A stretch of 64,000 bases of DNA from Vairimorpha necatrix (Eukaryota), in NCBI GenBank assembly GCA_036630325.1, contig CP142733.1:186001-250000 (forward strand), given 5' to 3'. Shown piece after piece: positions 1-12,135 of the stretch (positions within the stretch are counted from its first letter, which is position 1; the number at the start of each line of letters is the position of its first letter). The position numbers and the translations under genes were made by a program. Below the pieces are notes generated by a model. It saw only the letters and a list, made by a program, of their open reading frames with translations, was not told the origin of the DNA and made no database searches.

Positions 1-569
1 AAAAACTTGCATTTTCAATTGAGAAAAATTAAAATGAAATGTTGTGTACTAAAATTGTTTAATATGATCAATTACAAGAAGTTATCAAGATACATGAGCT
101 AGATAGTTGCATGTTAAAACATCTGATCAGGTTTATTTTATTTTTTAAAAAATATATTTTATTCAGTATTTTTTGTATTAATAATTACAATGTTTAAAAA
201 TCTATAAAACAAAATGAAGAAAACAGTATTATCAATAATCATCAAGCCTAGTATCATCAAAACTCATACAATAAATATAGACTTGAGTATAAACATTCTT
301 ATCAAGATTAAATATGTTATAAAAATATACAGATGCTTAAACATAACGATTAAAAAAGACCACAAGAAAAAAATATTGTAAACAAAAAAAAATATTTTAT
401 GAAATGTTTATAATGTGATTATATATCGATTTATATACTTCTTTTGTATCATTTCTTTTTTTCCCTCCAAAAAACACCCTTTTAGAAAACAAATTAAAAA
501 AGTTTATTGGTAAAAAAACAAAATAAAACAAAAAAATGCATATATTTAAAAAAATCAACATTACCCCCA

Positions 570-1244
570 ATGTTGCAATCAAGCTATGTGTTTTCTGATG
601 TTTTAAACTTCTGGAGAAACAAAGAAGCACTACAGTGTAACAAGACGAATTATATTATCGACAATTATTCAGATGACGTGAGGGCGTCGTCTGATGATAA
701 AATTGTCGATTTGCCTACAGAAAAGGTTGTATTCAGCCATTCTTCAGTTGACGTGGGGGCGTCGACTGAAGAAGAAAGTGTTGAAGAGAATCAAGAAGAC
801 TTGGTGGAAAATGTAGATATGAAGAATGATGAGGCGAAGGAGAATAGTGAAAGCATGGAAGATTTGGCCGAGGAGGGCCATATAGAAGAAGAGGGGAAAA
901 TGGGGGAGGACCCTATAAGTTTAGGAGAAGGATCAGAGGGGTTTGAGGGGAGTGATGGCATTTTTATGCCAAAAATCTTCTTCAAAGAGAGAGATGTCGA
1001 GGGGAACGAGAAAATAATTAAAAGCGAAGAACTTACAGAAGAAGATCTGAAGAGAATAGGCGATCAAATTTCCGATCTCTATTCTCTCCATCTTCTGGAA
1101 GTGGGTTTTAAAAGGATGAGGGAGGCGGAAGAGAACTATAATAAGTCATGGAGAGGGAGAATATATAATGCAATAGGAAGACATTTCTGTTGTTTTGTGG
1201 AGAATGACGAAGATTCCGAAGACATGGAGGACGAGTTCGATTAA
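570..1244 (+). CDS. Acidic orphan protein, array copy 1 (224 aa)
   Basis: Intact ORF. The true ATG at 570 follows TTACCCCCA (microsporidian-type CCC motif) and matches the starts at 13730 and 49971. Glu/Asp-rich centre, conserved C-terminal block ending HFCCF plus acidic tail, downstream AATAAA near 1400. Confidence 0.85.
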   Translation: MLQSSYVFSDVLNFWRNKEALQCNKTNYIIDNYSDDVRASSDDKIVDLPTEKVVFSHSSVDVGASTEEESVEENQEDLVENVDMKNDEAKENSESMEDLAEEGHIEEEGKMGEDPISLGEGSEGFEGSDGIFMPKIFFKERDVEGNEKIIKSEELTEEDLKRIGDQISDLYSLHLLEVGFKRMREAEENYNKSWRGRIYNAIGRHFCCFVENDEDSEDMEDEFD

Positions 1245-1464
1245 AAAAATTAATATTTAAACTTCTTTTCTTTGTTTTTATTTTTATTATCTGCATAATT
1301 ATTTTTTTTTATAATGTCAAAAACGAGAATTCTTTTATATAATTTTATTACAACATGCTTTTTAACGCAATGCCTCCCTGTTTTATATATTTGTTACAAA
1401 ATAAAATATTAATTGTGATCTAATAGCAGCCACACATAGCGTCCAATAAATAGCAAACGAAAGA

Positions 1465-1686
1465 TGTCAGGCGACAGATCTCCATTGGTACTAAGATTAC
1501 CCTGGAGATCTGAGAACACCATTCTGTGAGCATTCTCCCTCTTCCCAAATATAATTTTTGGAGGGGAAATCGGGATATTTCCCTCCTAAAATTATAAAGA
1601 AAACCATGCCCAGAAGGGTATGAAGAATAACAAAAATAATAGTTTAAAACATTCTTCTCGGGCTGATGGGAAACCATCAGTCAACA
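1465..1686. mobile_element. Solo LTR family A (222 bp), unit 1
   Basis: TG...CA ends with 5-bp direct repeat AAAGA on both sides. Absent from the corresponding position of unit 2 (~14605). Confidence 0.75.
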
Positions 1687-1891
1687 AAAGACATTCAGAA
1701 ATTCCTGTATAGATCATTTCTATACTTCTATAATAAACACTCATTAGACAAATTTTTACAGCATACAAAGGATTTTGGGAATATCCCTAATGATTTTAAA
1801 CGCTAGAGAACTAAAAATGAACTGTAGATTTTATAAGAAATGTCCCATATACAGAAAGTTAAAAATTACAATCACTTTATCCAAAGAAAAT

Positions 1892-2979
1892 CCCGCTTTG
1901 AAAAAATCAAGAAAAGGGAAAAATTTAAAAAATTATAAAAAAAGAGACTTGACGATTTATTTTGAATCCAGAAAGAAGTCGATTAATCCTTTGATTTTTT
2001 GGTATTTGAAAAGACCATAGAAACTGTAAAAAAATACTCATAGTGCTCGTTCTGGTTTATTCCATGTATAGACAGAATATCTCCCTTCGAAAGAGACCAA
2101 AATCCTTCAATTTGTTGAGTTATGTCTCGGGATCGTTAGGATCTACGAAATTAGGAGAGTGATTTACAGTCCTGTGCTCCATCCCTGTGATTTGTCTAAA
2201 TACAGCACCATATGCTCTCCATTGATCAGTGATCACAATAGAACCAGGCAATACATTATCTTGTATTACCTTAAGAAGAGTAGCAGTATTTCTACTAGCT
2301 ACAGGGACGATAAAGGCCTTTTTAGAACCTATTTAAACTCCTCCTACATACCACTGACCTGTGGTATGATTACCACGATTATATTTAGCACGGAAGAATA
2401 GACTCTCGTCGATCTCCAGTACTTTGGGGATGCCGAACTCATCACGACCTCCTAACCTCTGACTATTATTGGTCACTTCCTCGATTATGCGATCTCTGCA
2501 GAGCAAACCATATGTAATTACGGGGTTTCTGTCTAGATCGAGATCATTTGCTATATAGAGGAAGAAAACTTTTTTGATGTACTTATATATCATTCTTATA
2601 ATTTTATAAAAACTTAATTTGGTATTTTCAAAAATAGAGTCCTTCACACAGATTTAGAAGCCGTACAAGGTTTTGTACAATTTTAAACATATTTGTCTAA
2701 TAGTCTTTTTCTTCTAATCAATTTCATTGGCCTTTCAGAGTTGCATACAGTACAAAAAAAGTTGTTTTTTATTAATGAACTGCATGCCAGAAAGATACTC
2801 GCTGTATCAGCATCATAAAATTTTCAATTATTGCCATGTTCAAAAACATGTCTTCACAAAATAGCTCATCTCCTTCAACAAAATTTGTTTTTGTCAATCT
2901 TTCCATTTTTTGAAAGGGGTCCTTTGAATTTTCAAAGCGGATTCATTTTCCCAAAGCGGGTTCCAAACGGTCATGTACC
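1892..2979 (-). mobile_element. Merlin-A DNA transposon (ISXO2/IS1595-like DDE), disrupted, left TIR partly deleted
   Basis: Fragments encode LGG...VLEIDESLFFRAKYNRG...WYVGG. Right TIR ...GTTCCAAACGGTCATGTACC. About 35 bp lost on the left between CCGCTT microhomologies relative to units 3 and 4. Confidence 0.88.
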
Positions 2980-3671
2980 GAAAAAACATTTTTTATTTCA
3001 TAAAATTTATATATTATGGTCAATTATGAGTAAAAAACTTTTAAAGATAAAAAATAAAAAAATATGTTTTAGAAAAATGTGATGTAAATTTATTGAGAAA
3101 TCAATTCGGAATAGTTTTTTGTTGCTATCAAATAAAATTTTAATGCTAGCAAAGGAATTCGGGCATATTGAAAATTAAGCTGGTTTTAAGTTTAAAAAAA
3201 CAATACACACACGAACATGACATTTGTATTCCAATAACACATAAACAACGAAACATAATCTATGAAGTAAATAAACTGTTCTTCATTTGGGATTTGTAGA
3301 CAAGAACTTAAGTTCAGCTTAAACGTTTTTACAAACATAGACTTAGCAATAGATTCTGGCAATAGATTAAATGCAAATTGAAATGCTACCGAGATCCCTC
3401 AAATGAATATTGAAAAGTCTCAATATTTAAGTTTCGGTTTTTTTAGAATACATTAAAACTGGATTTATTTTACATATTTTTATCAAAACAAATGGACTTT
3501 TCCTAATATTTACATATATATCCAGATATGTAAAAAAAAATTTCCCGTCACTATCTCGTATTATGATCAAGAATAAAGATTAAAAACATTCTTTCGCAAG
3601 ATTTTATAAAACATTTTGCTGGAATAAAAATAATAATACGATATAAAGTACATATACTTTATAGAGATATT

Positions 3672-4735
3672 GGTGCTTCTTTGGAATTCGATCGGGATTT
3701 TTAAAAATCTGCTCCTAAAAATGAAAAAAATTGGATATTAAAATTTCTGATCGAATACCGAAGAAAAGCACGAAAGTAAAAATTAAGCCAAAACAGAGGC
3801 TTTTTACAGTATTTACGTTTGTTTAAACTCTCTAATCGGTTAGACGTGTTGATTGAACAAAAAATATCTTTCAAATGCCGTGAAGTTATTAATATTTAAT
3901 GAGATGGGAATAAAAGAGTAGTATCTAGGTGTACAAACTATATGTGCAGTGTTAAAGTATCAGTAAATAGTGGAAGCAGTTGGCTTTGAACAACTACTGC
4001 GAATTAATATTTTTGATTCTAAGTAGAAGCAGTTATTTTACAATAGAGGACAAAATTCGAAGTTTACATCGAAAGTTGCTAATTCAAAAAAAAACGACTT
4101 AAAAAATAGTAAAAATAGAATGTCTAAAAATCTAATTATTGGTGATCCACGTAAAATTGTTAAAATATGAGTCTGTTATTTACAGAAGATGTAAAATAAG
4201 ATACCCAATAAATTCTGACGATTCAATTCCTGGACTGGTTGGAAATTAGGCATAGTAGAAGTTAATACCCCATCAAGTTTTTCATTACAATAGTGGAGAA
4301 TAGGACTGTCAGTGCCTAAAAGCAAATTTGAAATATAAAATAGATAGAATTTTAATTTTACATTTTGATGCTCATCTGAGTTATCCAAGTGTGGCACTAA
4401 ATCTTTATCTCGAGCATAAATTCTAAACACTCTATTGGGTTCAAATTTCCAGATGGAACTTATAATAACAATATCGAGAACATATGCTTGCAAGTAAAAT
4501 CTGAAATGACCAAAATACATGGAGGTAAGCGTTAGGAAATAAATACTTGGGTTATTATATTTATGTTATGCCAAAGTTTTTGTATGGGAACCGATTTAAA
4601 TGAGTTTTATGTTTGTTATCTTAATTTACTATCTAATTTATTCAAATACATTATATTCCTAGTTTTTTCACATTTTTCATTTGTTTTCATTACAAGGGAA
4701 ACTCTTGGAGTCTGATCAAATACCAAAGAAGCACC
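3672..4735 (+). mobile_element. Merlin-C DNA transposon relic, unit 1
   Basis: Imperfect ~25-bp TIRs (GGTGCTTCTTTGGAATTCGATC / GATCAAATACCAAAGAAGCACC) and near-perfect 8-bp TSD gagatatt/aagatatt. Plus-strand remnants IGDPRKIVKI, SYPSVALNLYLEH and NNNIEN resemble ISXO2 motifs. Confidence 0.75.
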
Positions 4736-5635
4736 AAGATATTTGCGTATACTTTCTTTTTTTTAAGTATTAATTAATTTTCATAATTTTAAAAAAATTT
4801 AAGGCAGACTAACGAACAAAATTAGAACTAAAAAAGTCTATGTTTTTGAGTTAAAATTTCTTTGTAAGGTTGTTTTTTTAAATTTCATGTCGTAAAATTA
4901 GCCTTTTAATTGTTTCCTTGCTGATCAGACAATAATAGTTTAAAAATGACGGACACGGCCATTTCATACAATAAAAATAAGATGTACTTTTATTCACTAA
5001 ACCCCATTTCTTATTAAAAAAAATATCGCATTCTGATATATCCACGATCTTACTTCTTTCGGACGTTAAAACACAATAGCATCACAAAAATAATTTGACA
5101 ATATGATATCTAACAATCATGAATTTTAGAATTTAAATCATCTTTTTTTATGGTTTATGTGTTATCAATAAAGCTATTTGTTACTTGAAGTTCTTATAAC
5201 CAAATAGGATTATATTTTGTATTTTTAATGAAAATCATTATATTTCAAAAACGAACTCCATCGCAATACTCTTTGGATTTTATGAATATACTTGATACAA
5301 GATAAGGTTTCATTGGGATGTAATTCAAGTATTTATTCTGTATTTCTCTTTATATAAAATTAATACTTTTCCTTCCAAGGCCGAAAAAATATCCATGATA
5401 CACAATAAACCAAAATTTTCGTATATGTATTTAGTACAAAAATAAAAATTTTATAATAAATCCAAATTTTTTACCTACTGATTTTTCTCAACTTTATGTT
5501 CATACCATATAGACATGATTGTATTACGAAAATTATTACACGTCAAATTTTTTTTTAAATACGTTTCTTCTAGCATTTCCGTCTTTTTATACAAAAATTA
5601 TCTCGTGCTTTCTCTTTTTTGTTTCTTATTGTATA

Positions 5636-8367
5636 TGTTGCAGTCAAAGTGTACATTCCAGTCAATGTATACATTTACTAGTCAATGCATAAATTCGCTA
5701 AAATTCGTAGTTAAAGTATTCATTGTAACTGAAATGAACACATTACCTGTGGATGTATACATTTACGGGCTGATTCTAGTCAAAGTGTGTTGTGTGTTAA
5801 ATCCGTTGGTTAAATCGTTAAATTTGCCGGGAAACCTTAAATCTAACCTCTTTATTCGTGATGCACTGTGTGCTGTTGGCTGTTGCTCAATCTGTGCTGT
5901 TTGAGAGAGTACACACTGGACTATTTGTTGGATGGTAAGCGAGTTTTTTTATTTTTTTTGTCCATAGAAATTTATAATTTTTAATTATTTTTAGCCATAA
6001 ATATAAAATGGATAAACAAGCAATGAAAGATAAATTCTACCAGTATATTAAGAATACTCCGCAAAAAACTAACGGCTTTCGTATGAGTACGGAAAGATAT
6101 ACTCAACTAATAAGTGATGTTAAATCCGCTAAATCTGTTCAGAAAAAAGAAAACCGCCACTTCTGGTTGCTGAAACATTATGATACAGTATATGTGGGTA
6201 ATGTGGATAAACTAATTGCACCAATAGCAAATGAAAAAGTGCTGTATTATGTTACTGTTGAAGAATTGTTTGAAGTTTTATGTATAACTCATTTATCAAT
6301 TGGACATGGAGGACGAGACAGAATGAAAAAGGAGCTTAACCTTTGCTTTAAAAATATAACAGCACAAGATATTCAAACCTTTTTAAATAATTGTGAAGTG
6401 TGCCTTAAAAAGGGGCGAATGAAAGAAAGGCTTGGTGTATAATCCAATGGTGTTTTCTCATTTTAATTCAAGATGTCAAGTAGATTTAATTGACTTAAAA
6501 TCACAGCTAATTGATAATTATAAATTTATATTGGTATACCGGGACCACTTAACAAAGTTTATCAAATTAGAGCCCTTAAAAATAAGACAGCATATGAAGT
6601 TGCTGATCAACTCCTTCAAATTTTTTTTACTATTTGGGGCACATCTATTTTGCAATCGGACAATTTCCAAGAATTTGTTAACCACGTCATTGATGATTTT
6701 AAAGGTTTGTTGCCTGAATTAAAAATTGTGCATGGGAAGCCACGCCACGGCCAGTCTCAAGGCAGTGTGGAGCGTGCGAATCAAGATATAAAAAATTTTA
6801 ACCTCATGAATGCAAGATAATCAAACTAGTAATTTGAGTAGAGGACTGAGTTATGTGCAGTTTATGAAAAATCGAGCCCTTCACGCTGGTATAAAGCGAA
6901 GTCCTTACGAGGCAATGTTTGGACAGACCGCCAAGGTCGGCCTCGCCTCTTCTTGGCTACCACACGAGGTATTAAGCAGTATAAACAGTGAAGAAGATTT
7001 GGAAAATATTCTTAAAAATATCAACTGTAATGAAGAAAGTGTCCAGGAGATTCCACAAGTTGAAGTTATTGAGGAAGAGGATCTAGAATCAGATAATCTT
7101 CGGCGAAGGCGTCAAGGAATTGCTACTGGATGACACGGAACATTGTAGTATGCCGCCTGCCTCCGAGACCCGAAAATGTGATGGATGTGACATTTTACTC
7201 AATTCGGAATCCATTAAATTATGCGATATTTGTACGGCGCAATCACGCATCAATTATGCCCGAGCAGAAGCAAAAGAAAACTTGAACAAGCAAGCTAAGC
7301 GCATGAAACTAATTTCTGAAGCTTCGCATCCCTCGGCGGAGGTGGGAATGACAGTTAGAATTAATGTACCGGAAGTTGATAGAGGACGGAGAGATTCACA
7401 TGCAGTACAAGTATGTTTATTAACTAAAACTGATGATGATTACTTTCAAATTGGAACACGTAATGGGATTTTAAAAGGATTATATTCCAGATCTTTATTT
7501 AGCGTGTCTCCCATAAGTATATTAACGCTAAATGATATTGAAATCAATGCAATTGAATTGAAATTACGTACTATAGCTACCAAACAGTCAAGAGGTAGCG
7601 GACGGGGATTCTTCAAATGCCAGTGCAAAACAAAATGCGCAACAAAAAGATGTGCCTGCCTCAAAGAAAGCAAATCGTGCAACTCCAAATGTCATGGAAG
7701 TTTAAATTGTGCTAACAAATAACGTTTTATTCTAATTTTACTAAATTTTATGTTATAAATTATTCTTTCTATTATATTGTATTTTTTGCTTTATATTTAT
7801 ATCTTTTCTAATAAATATTTTAATTAGCTTTAGTGGAATCATCATCGAGTCAATTATAAATCATTTTTTTTATATTTTATATTATAACCTATTTATGTTG
7901 TTCAAACTTTTGTTCTAAATTATTATGTGTTTCAATTTAAACTAAAATTTTTATTTAATATAACCTAGTTTTACTGTTTAAACTTAATCATTGTGTGTGT
8001 TCTAATTTCAATTTCTCGATTCAACATTTATCTTTTAACCTGAATATAGAACGGCGATCATGGTTTTGTGCCTGTAAAAAACTTGTTCAAACTATTTTTT
8101 ATTCTAAAATTTATTAATTAACAAATTTACTGCAGCTGGTTAGTAACTCTGCATACATTTACTAGATAATGCATGCATTCACTAGTTAAAATGTTCATTT
8201 TAATAGTGAGTGAACACTTTGACTAGTAACAGCCCGAGAATGCATACATCCATTAGGTAATGTGTTCATTTCAGTTACAATGAATACTTTAACAACGAAT
8301 TTTAGCGAATATATGCATTGACTAGTAAATGTATACATTGCCTGGAATGTACACTTTGACTACAACA
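5636..8367 (+). mobile_element. Ginger-type (Gypsy-integrase-related, KRBA2/SCAND3-like) DNA transposon
   Basis: ~150-bp TIRs starting TGTTG and ending CAACA, with 4-bp TSD TATA. Empty sites TTGTATACAC in units 3 and 4. Confidence 0.9.
6008..7722 (+). pseudogene. Frameshifted integrase-type transposase of the Ginger element
   Basis: Consecutive ORFs give an HHCC zinc finger (HLSIGHGGRD...CEVC), SRCQVDLID, the HGQSQGSVERAN region, RSPYEAMFG and a Cys-rich C-terminus (CQCKTKCATKRCAC...CNSKCH). Several frameshifts and stops. Confidence 0.88.
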
Positions 8368-9311
8368 TATACACAAAACGAAATTTTACAGCTAGCACTA
8401 AATCTAAGCCTATTAAATTGGAACATAATATGCTTAATATTATATCTTTTATGTTAAAAATTTCTGAATATGTTTCTTGCCAAAAAATTTTATAATTTAC
8501 AGTTTATTTCTCTACATAACCCCGTAGAATATTTGATTGATTCATAAAATCGGTGTTGTGGTTAAAACACGTTTTTTCTATAAAAAGTGAAATTTGAATA
8601 TAATTAATTCTTTTATAACTGGAAGCACAAAAGCTATGCATATAATCTAACTAATTCTGTCAAATATTACAAGTAAAAAAATCTTGAATACACTCCAAAA
8701 ATTTGCATGTGAAATTAAATAAAAGACATTGTTTTTCAACTTTTAATAATAATTCATTAATTGGTTATTAATGAAATCCTAGCTAATATAACACCCTATT
8801 ATAAATTAAAAATTTTCAATATAAAATTATTTTTATCCGTAATTGTCGATTTAAAGATAAAAAGTATTCATTATGGTATAAAAGAGTTTTTTAAATATTT
8901 AGAATCAAATATAACTTTATTTTTAATTTAGATACTAGAGTGTAAGAAAACTTTTTTTACAAGTACTTTATTTATATGTGTATTCTTTATTTTTTGTTCT
9001 AGTCAATAAATAACAGTGTATTTCAATCCTTCATAACATTCTTTTATAAACCCTTCTATTAACTTATTTGTTTGATTTATAGTCCAATTCAATATGGAGA
9101 AAAAGATAGGCGGATTTAACACTATGAAATCTATTCAATTTTCATAAATTACGTAGAGAAAAAAAATGAAAAATCATTTTCAACGCTGGATAATAAGAAT
9201 GTCTGGTTAGATTATAAAGTTCAATTGAGGGAAACGAAATTCACGTTTTTTTACTTTTTGTGAAGAGCAGCTTATAAAACAACAGAGAATGATTTACATG
9301 ATGCAAGAGAA

Positions 9312-10180
9312 GATATTGAGAAGGAGAAGACGTAAATCAACGATAAGGTTTGAGGGGAACCAGATCGAAGAATTATAGAGTTTGTAGTGGCGAATATAAT
9401 GGGATTAAGGCAAGAAAAGGTATTGAGAATGGGAAGACTTAATTCGCGATAAGGTTTTAGGGGGAACCAAGTTCGACAATTATAGATTTTTCAGTGGCGA
9501 GTATAGTGGACTTGAGGCAAGGGAAGAAATTGGGAAGGAGAGTGCTTAAATAGACGATAAGGTTTGAGGGGACCATATCGAAGAAATTAAGACTTGTTAT
9601 TAGCAAGCTTATTAGAGACGACGATAAGAGAATATATTGAGAAGGAGAGTTCTTAAATCGACGATAAGGCTTGAGGGGGAAACCAAATCGAAGAAATTAA
9701 GACTTAATATCAGCAAGCTTATTAGAGACGACGAGAAAGATTAAGTATTGGGAAGGAGAAGACATAAATCGACGATAGGGTTTGAGGGGAACCAAATCGA
9801 AGAAATATGACTTGTTAGTGGCGAGTTTTATAAACATTAAGAGAAAGAGATGATATTGAGAAGGAGAAGACTTAAATCGACTATAAGGTTCTGGGAAGAA
9901 ATCAGATCAAAAGAATATGACTTGTTAGTGGCGAGTATAGCGGACTTAAGGTAGAAAAGATATTTGAATGAAAAGACTTAATTCGATAATATTGTTTGAG
10001 GGGGAACCATGTCGAAGAATTATAAAATTGTATGTGGCGAGCTTATTGAACATTGGGAGAAAGAGAAGGTATTGAGAAGGAGAAGACTTAATTCGATAAT
10101 AACGTTTGAGGGGGAACCATGTCGAAGAATTATCAAATTGTATATGGCGAGCTTATTGAACATTGAGAGAAAGAGAAATT
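9312..10180. repeat. ~108-bp tandem repeat block, about 8 copies (unit 1)
   Basis: Recurring core TTAAATCGACGATAAGGTTTGAGGGGAACC at ~107-110 bp spacing. Confidence 0.92.
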
Positions 10181-11165
10181 GTTCTTGCTTAAGATCGAAG
10201 TTTCTACTTAAGAGAAGAATGGTGTTTAGTCTAAGAATGAAAGCTCATTTGTAGTATCCTTATCGAAACCAAAGCAAGATAAACTTTCTGCACACAGAAA
10301 AGAAAGAATGAGGTTATTTGTTCGAACTTCAAGAAAAAAATCAAAGATATGGCAGCTTCTTAAAGAAATGCCTATCTGCGATGTAAAGATTTTGTCTGAA
10401 GAGATAATACACATAATGTGCAGAGAAGGCCTTTAGAGAATAAGAGTCGAGAGGTAAGTAACTATTAAAGCTGACGATGCTTAGAAGAAAATCCTGTGTG
10501 ACTTGGCGCGATACGACTTAATTTGTTGTGTTCACTATAAAGTAAAAATTTCTGAAGAGTTAACGATTTATATAATTGTTTTGACACTCTAAATGAGCTT
10601 TAATATCTAAAAATATAAATTGACTAAAAACTTAAAGAAAAATACCAAGTATACCTAAAAAATGTCTCTTTAACTAGTCAGTTATTATACTAAACTTGCT
10701 GTTATTTGTTCGGAGGATCGTGTAAACATATAATATGTTTTTTCATTTTGCTTTGTATTGAAAATCTTTCATCTGATAAGGTAAACATAAGTAATAAAGT
10801 TCTTGTACAATAAATCCGACAATCACAAACTTCACTTTTAATTGGATAGTAGTACGAAAGGAACACCATATTGTTGATTTGTATATTTTTTATTGTGTGT
10901 TTTAAAATAAATTTTTTTATATCTAACCATAAAAAAATAATAACCCAGACCCAACCCATATTTATGCATTATTTTTTTTCTATTTATAGTTTTAAAAATC
11001 ATGGAACGTTTTAAAACCAACAAACTTGTTTTTGACGTAAAAAATAAACATAAACATTTTTGCTAATAAATGTTAATACATATTTTGATCGTATATAAAG
11101 TAAAATGTCTGTACATACTTTACAAGACAACAACACAAATAAACAATGCATTGTTTACAGAAAGA

Positions 11166-12135
11166 GGCTAAAGTGCACAATAGAAATATTTTTTTGAATT
11201 GAAGTTTTTTAATTGTTTTTGACCTTTTTTTAAAAAAATGGAGGAAGAAAGATGGAAAGAAAAAAAGAAAAATAACATGTAGAATAAAGAATTAATAAAG
11301 CAGCAAAGACTGAAGTAGAAGAATTTCTTTGGACCATATACCTAAACAGATATAGTTTTGCATTTTGGCTCATCTGTTTCTATTAGGTATAGAATTTTTT
11401 AGAGAACGCCAATTACCTTCTATGGTATTGGTATGAACTTCCGTGATTGGGTCTCTAAAGTGTAATGTATGGCTAATAATATGGTGTTGGCCAAATAAAG
11501 TACCTAAAGAATGTTGCTCTTCACACATCACTGTGTATGATACCTTTTCTATTTACATGTTTTTATAAAAGTTCTATTAGAGTTTTTTATCTATTTTTTG
11601 ATGTGTACTTGTATTATTTTACGTTTCATTGTACTTTCGGTCATTCCAAAACACCAAAATCCTTTGACTAGCTTGCCTCGGTAGTTTTTATTTTTTCCGA
11701 TCTTTGTCTCATAAATTTCTACTATTATGTTCTCTCCGCCAACAATAATCATTATGACAAATACTTATCGTAAATTCATTTTTTTGAGTTTTTTAAAACG
11801 TAGGTATTGTTTTTTTGAACAAGGTAAAATTTGACAAATATACTTACTGGGTTACCCAAGAATCCACAGATTAAGTATTTGTAATGTTAGTAAATGACAA
11901 AGTTTAGAATCACTAAAGAAAGTGTCATGCCAAATAGAAATTGTCCGTCGACATCTCTTCCAAGTACAAGTCAGTAAATACTCCTTTTTACTTACTTTAC
12001 GTATTTTACCTCACATTGATCACAAATATTAATTGGTTTTTATCTTATCAGTTCATTATATATGTTTCTAATTCTTCTCTTGTTTTGATTCCTTCCTCTA
12101 TTTTTCAAAAAATACTCCTATAGTGCACTTTAGCC
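11166..12135 (-). mobile_element. Merlin-B DNA transposon relic at unit 1/2 junction
   Basis: TIRs GGCTAAAGTGCAC / GTGCACTTTAGCC. Sister copies encode VGGENIIVEIDETKIGKNKNYRG...WCFGM. No clear TSD. Confidence 0.85.

Noticed and set aside
507-569. N-terminal extension MVKKQNK... given in the ORF track (also 22980 and 37767)
   Set aside because: It starts at TTG, is not preserved in frame in copy 2 or the paralogue, and corresponds to the A-rich promoter. The ATG after the CCC motif is the consistent start.
1465-1686. Stand-alone structured ncRNA or hammerhead ribozyme (CTGATGGGAAAC)
   Set aside because: It lacks the CUGANGA...GAAA core topology and I recognise no snRNA, RNase P or SRP motifs. 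TG...CA ends, a 5-bp TSD and an empty site in unit 2 fit a solo LTR better.
4176-4520. Conserved minus-strand gene (also 15920, 26677, 41700)
   Set aside because: It is antisense to the Merlin-C transposase remnant, its ends vary between units, and its recurrence simply reflects the duplication.
9312-10180. CRISPR array
   Set aside because: The whole 108-bp unit is homologous between copies, the variable parts recur rather than being unique spacers, no cas genes are present, and the context is eukaryotic.
10702-10959. Small membrane protein MGWVWVII... in each unit
   Set aside because: Length and stop position vary between units, it lies in low-complexity AT-rich sequence, and it has no recognisable domain. 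It cannot be supported as a gene.
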